Source of the DNA: Daphnia carinata
Taxonomy: Eukaryota
Direction of reading: 5' to 3'
Assembly (NCBI RefSeq): GCF_022539665.2
Contig: NC_081333.1
Coordinates: 2,232,001 to 2,296,000, forward strand
Length of the DNA stretch: 64,000 nt
Made by a program: the position numbers and the translations under genes. Below, piece by piece: positions 59,256 to 64,000 of this stretch; position 1 is the first letter of the stretch, and every line of letters starts with the position of its first letter. The notes below the pieces were generated by a model that worked only from the letters and a program-made list of their open reading frames with translations, did no database searches and was not told the origin of the DNA.

Positions 59256-59327
59256 TGGAGTTGATGGGGATTGAACCCCTGCCTTCTCACATGCAAAGCG
59301 AGCACTCTACCACTGAGTTACCACCCC
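59256..59327 (-). tRNA. tRNA-Ala(UGC), variant or possible pseudogene
   Basis: GGGGTGG TA ACTC AGTGGTA GAGT G CTCGC TT TGC AT GTGAG AAGGC AGGGG TTCAATC CCCAT CAACTCC A: 72-nt cloverleaf with G3:U70, anticodon TGC, A and B boxes, and two G:A stem mismatches. Confidence 0.85.
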
Positions 59328-62300
59328 GTTGCTTCTATTAATCCCCAAATTGATTTCATTACTTGCATAATTGAAAAAAAAACAGTTGCCCTAGGTGGTA
59401 GTTTATGCTAAAGAAAACGCAACAGAGCAGGACGACATGTCTAATTCATTATTTGCTTGCCGTTGGGTTCACAGAGAAATACCCGGAAAAGTGGAAGTTT
59501 CAGCTCATTGAGAACACGTAAGACGGAGGCAAGAAAACAAACAACCAATTCACGTTGATCTTTTTTTCAGAGAAGATAAATGGAGAAATAAGAATGAAAT
59601 TTTCAAACTTCAATAGAAAATGTAGCCGAGAAACGATCATCTCAACTCACTTTGCCAGAATGTATAGTTTTTGTGTGTCTTTGTTCACACAATAGAGAAG
59701 AGTGTTCGCCAAGTCCCGTTAAGAGACTGGCGATCTTATAAACAACTCGGGAGACCCGAGTAATCGCAAGAGAGACATCAGGAACTGAGATTGGGCGGTT
59801 GAATTCAAACATTTGTTCAGAGGACGTGTCTCGGCGCCATCGACGCGTTGCCACCGTCTGTCCACAGTATAAACGGGCACGATCGTTTGTTTTCTTAACC
59901 AAGTAAACTTCTACCATTGTCGTTTTCTTGAACAAGGAAAAAGAGTTTACGAACCTATCAGGCAGGATCACAGACCGGAAATCGAAATAGAGGACAGTGC
60001 CAAAGGGACGCACTGTTGACAATCGCGGCCGTTCTATTCTTTGTATTTTGCAGTAATCTATCGGGCCCACGCTATTTCTTTTGCCACACACAGTTTAAAG
60101 TATATAGCTCAACTAGACGATCATTTGACTGTTACTAAATCGCAATGCAGCATTGATAGCATTAATTTGAATATTTCAAACCGTCGTATGTTATGTAGAA
60201 GTGCTGGGTGTGTTGATTGCAAGGCTTAACGTTCAGCTGGCTGATGTGTCATGAATGTTCTCCGAATTTCGTCATTTCCATTTAAACTCTTGTTTTTTGA
60301 TGATGCTTTTGCCAACTACTCGGGCGTCATTGAAGACGCAATGGGCGAACGAAATGCGCGTTAATTATGTGGCCCTGGAATTTTATTTTGAATACCAGGC
60401 CATTTTCCTTCATAGACGTCGTATATATACAGTAAGTACCGCTATTCTGTTTTTTTTTCTTCTTTAATACCCGATATCCGTCGTTCGACGCATATAACTT
60501 TGGGCGAACTTTCCTCTCAGAATTGAGCACATACCATACGAAAAGAAAAGTGGAATTTTATTGACGCTTGGTCGTTTTCTCAAGCCTATTTCTCGCCACT
60601 TAGGCAGCTAATCTATGACAATAATAGGCCTTGTGGAGGATGGATTAATAAAGTCAACGTCTATACTTATGAAGGATGTAATCGATTTTATAGCCTGCAT
60701 ATATACATATAATGTTTATTCGCCTACGTTGATACGTGACAATGAACGCAAGCCAGAGCGTATCGAATTTCCAATGATTGTGTGCTTGTTTTTTATAACG
60801 TTGTTATTATTTAGGTTCAGCAAAAGTTTAGACATGATGCAATCAAGCGGGATGGCTTTAAACACATAGCTTAAGGCAAGTTTGGGATAGCAGATATATA
60901 TATATATATTTTCTCATAAACTAAAAATCCAAGTTGGACAGCGATTAACTATCCGCGTTGTTATGGTCGTGCGAAAGGCTCACCTTCTAACGCATAGTCG
61001 TAACTCATTCACAAAGTGTACTATATATAGCTTGTCAAAAAAATAAATCATGATCGCTGACTACACTGCTGACCCGTCTTACAGGTCAGCACCCCAGTTT
61101 CATTGAGTTCCTAAAGATATCACATAATCTTACGACACATACAGTGCGCTATTTCTTGAGGGAAATGTTTAATAACAAATGGATTTGGTGGGTCACTTTT
61201 TGAGCGAGTCCTGATTAAAAAAAAAAGGCGGTGGGGATCAAGAAGATAGATCCCATTGTGATTTGAATACAAAGTCATAACTGCATATATTGTCAAAGGT
61301 TAAAAGACGCCGAGAAGAAACTTTAGCATAATGCATAAACTGGACTAGGAAGGTCATAGACTCAAACGCTCAGGTATTCCATATAAATCCTTGTGCATAG
61401 AAAAGAAAAATGTAAAGCGTTTAAATTATTGATTTACTGATCCTTCTCACGCAGAAGATATAGGGCTATACAGAATAGCTTGATGTTTGTTTAACATGAG
61501 TTGACCTCAATCTGTCTATCCTAATGTAACGGTATCCACTCCAATTCTCTTTTATAACCCATTGTGTCCATTTTTCTCGATTTTGATGCTGTCACGATCG
61601 CAACCATCCATCATTAGTTCTTCAAACTCTCTTGTCCATTCAATTTCGTGCTATCTTCTCATACATGCATTAAAACTGACTAACGAAGACTTCTACTATC
61701 CTCGTGTTCCATCGTAGATCTTTCATGACCATTTTTCGATACTCTCAATAGCAAAGGTGTTCGGCCTGTAAACGATATGTCTGGTATCACTAGTCAATTA
61801 TGGCAAGAAGAAGAAGGAACGCGAAAGGAAGAAGCAAAAAACTTATTACGCAAATTGATCTCCCACCAACTTGTTTTCGTATCCGACCAGTGGACGCGTT
61901 TGATGTCGTGAATACGCCTAATGTTTTAGCGTATAAATCATCTAATGGTTCTAGCGACTATCCAAAGTTGAGGAAATCCTAGGGAACGCCATTGGACCCA
62001 TTGTTTTACGATCCATCAATCCACCTTCCAGTAATTAAAGAACCACTCACTTGGGATGTTTATGGGTTAGACCATTCGCGCTGAAAGTGCTTTGATCTTG
62101 TTTTATTTTAAAATCTAAACGCAATGGAAAACTAAAATTTTATTCGGAATTAGCGTTTCGCTTTGGTGGGTTTGACCGAATTCAAAGTTAAAATTTTTAA
62201 GACCAACGTTGTGTACAAAAAGTCTGGCTTAAAAAGTTGGGCTTAAAGTTTTGTTTATTTCGATTTTGTTTAGGATCCCAAATAGTCGATTTCATGTTTA

Positions 62301-64000
62301 CGTCAGACTTGCATTTCAGAGTTATTTGAATTAAAAAAATTGTTACTCGGAATGTCAGTCGTATGTTTTCTTTTGACGTTATTCATAAAATTGTTCTTAC
62401 AAAAGTGTTTGGGTTTATCGTATACGTCTTTCGGGTTCGAAACGATGAAACCTAAAATTCAGCAACTCATACAAGTATAGCTTAAAATGATAACAATTAA
62501 TAAAAAGTTATCTTTTCTTTCTCACATTTCGCATTGCAAAGAGGGAAACGGGATTTTACGCTTGGTCTCCGTTTGGTTTTTTGAATAGCTTCCCTCTTTT
62601 GTTGGATTGTTCCTTTCACAGAAATGTGGCGTATAGCGAAAACGCCAACAGCCAAAACAAGTCTCGTTTCAATATTCCGGCTGGGGGCCATTAGTTGTCT
62701 TGTATTTGTTACATAGGCAGCGTATACAGGACACATTTTGCCAATGTTGGTTGCCTCCTGGCAACACTCAAAAGATATCAGTTTTTAAGTAGCATTCGAG
62801 TCTATGTATTCTATCGACGATATGTAGAGCTTATTTTTTTTTTCTAATGATATCGGCGATATGGTATGGTTGAACAGACCACTCGTTTGGCGAGTATCCA
62901 GATAAAAATTCAACAGCCACAATGAAAGATATACTACTCGCAATTTTTCAAAAGTCCTCCAACAGTAAAAATTTGGCTTGTGGGTTCGAAAAAATACGCC
63001 GATGATGTGTATGACTGGGCAGTGGGTATTTCACACGCCACTACACAATCCATAGTAGACTGCGGGCCTTCCTGAAAACTCATCCGTTTCTGCATGGATG
63101 AGATGTTACACAGAGTTGATTGTACATGGCAAGAAAAGTCTACGGTTGAAGGAAAAAAAAAATCCTATCGCTTTCACTGATTTGTATGTACAACTGCATC
63201 TTTTTATATCGTTCTCATTTTTATTCTCTTTCTCTGAATAAAAATAGCGGCGACGTACTATATGCAAAAAATATTTCCATAGTCTTGTCCCGCAAGCAGT
63301 CAATTTGATGTCTCCAATATAACGGTGATCATCGATGCGTTTGTTTGTGCATGTGTGCCAAAGAAATAACAACAAAAATCGATAAAAAAATAAGCAGGGA
63401 ACTCCACGGACATGATAATAACCTTCTTTTTAAGTTGGTCGTTGCATTCATTCGTTTGACTACGAAAAAAAAAAAAAGAAAGGGCGGGAGCAGTGACCAC
63501 TGTGCTTGTAAAGGAAAGAGCTCTAGACAAGCCTTGTTGGTTATGCTTTTATTTTGCTTTTGTTTGTTCACTTTTCTCGGGTGTTGACAGGACTTTGCAT
63601 CAGTTCGACAGGCGGCCTCTCTATATTTACACAAAAGGATGAGGTCCCTATAGAGGTATTTTAAGTTACTCTTCGTCTAGACAATGGATCAATAATAAAG
63701 CAATTCCCCCATTTTCAATTGTTTACTACAACACTGTTTCATTTCCCCCTTCGTCGCATTAATTGGTAATAATTGACGTGAAATCGAGTTTCTGATATTT
63801 TCGCTGTCGGTGGAATAAAAGACGATTAGTCTTTAGGAGAAACTGGGAATCCGCCGACGTAACTCCGGTGCTGATTCTACGCAATTTGCGATCTCTCAAC
63901 AATCAACGAGAAGTTTCAAATAATTGTTTTTAAAAATTCTTATTCCACTGCAAACTACGCTCAGCTTCTCCTCTCACACGCTGGTTCACGTCCGAGTCAT

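Overview
Gene-dense eukaryotic (arthropod) DNA with short 55-80 nt GT-AG introns. The style suggests a cladoceran crustacean such as Daphnia, which is inference only. Reading the sequence by hand gives 13 protein-coding genes: MICAL (-, runs off the left edge), NACHO/TMEM35 (+), an atypical cathepsin B (-), two adjacent intronless secreted repeat proteins (+), STK40 (-), PAXBP1/GCFC (+), BRWD3/PHIP (-), HINFP (+), a chemosensory protein (-), RpS29 (-), ZPR1 (+) and an allatostatin-C/somatostatin-type GPCR (-). A variant tRNA-Ala(UGC) sits in an approximately 11 kb region with no recognisable coding exon. The most striking unexplained structure is the tandem pair at 16.7-21.0 kb. The two genes share a core promoter, an N-terminal motif, an internal APSG motif and a C-terminal CPxGYQFN-x5-CN module, but carry completely different repeat regions: an S-x-E/E-R-K polyampholyte plus Thr-rich stalk versus a His-bearing mini-collagen ending in a GPCC knot. 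Other candidates are two stem-rich, pseudoknot-capable intronic segments (in a BRWD intron, and just downstream of RpS29), alternative exons in MICAL, and a long glycosylated ECL2 in the GPCR. All identities come from recognising motifs by eye. No searches or folding programs were run, and exon borders are manual predictions.
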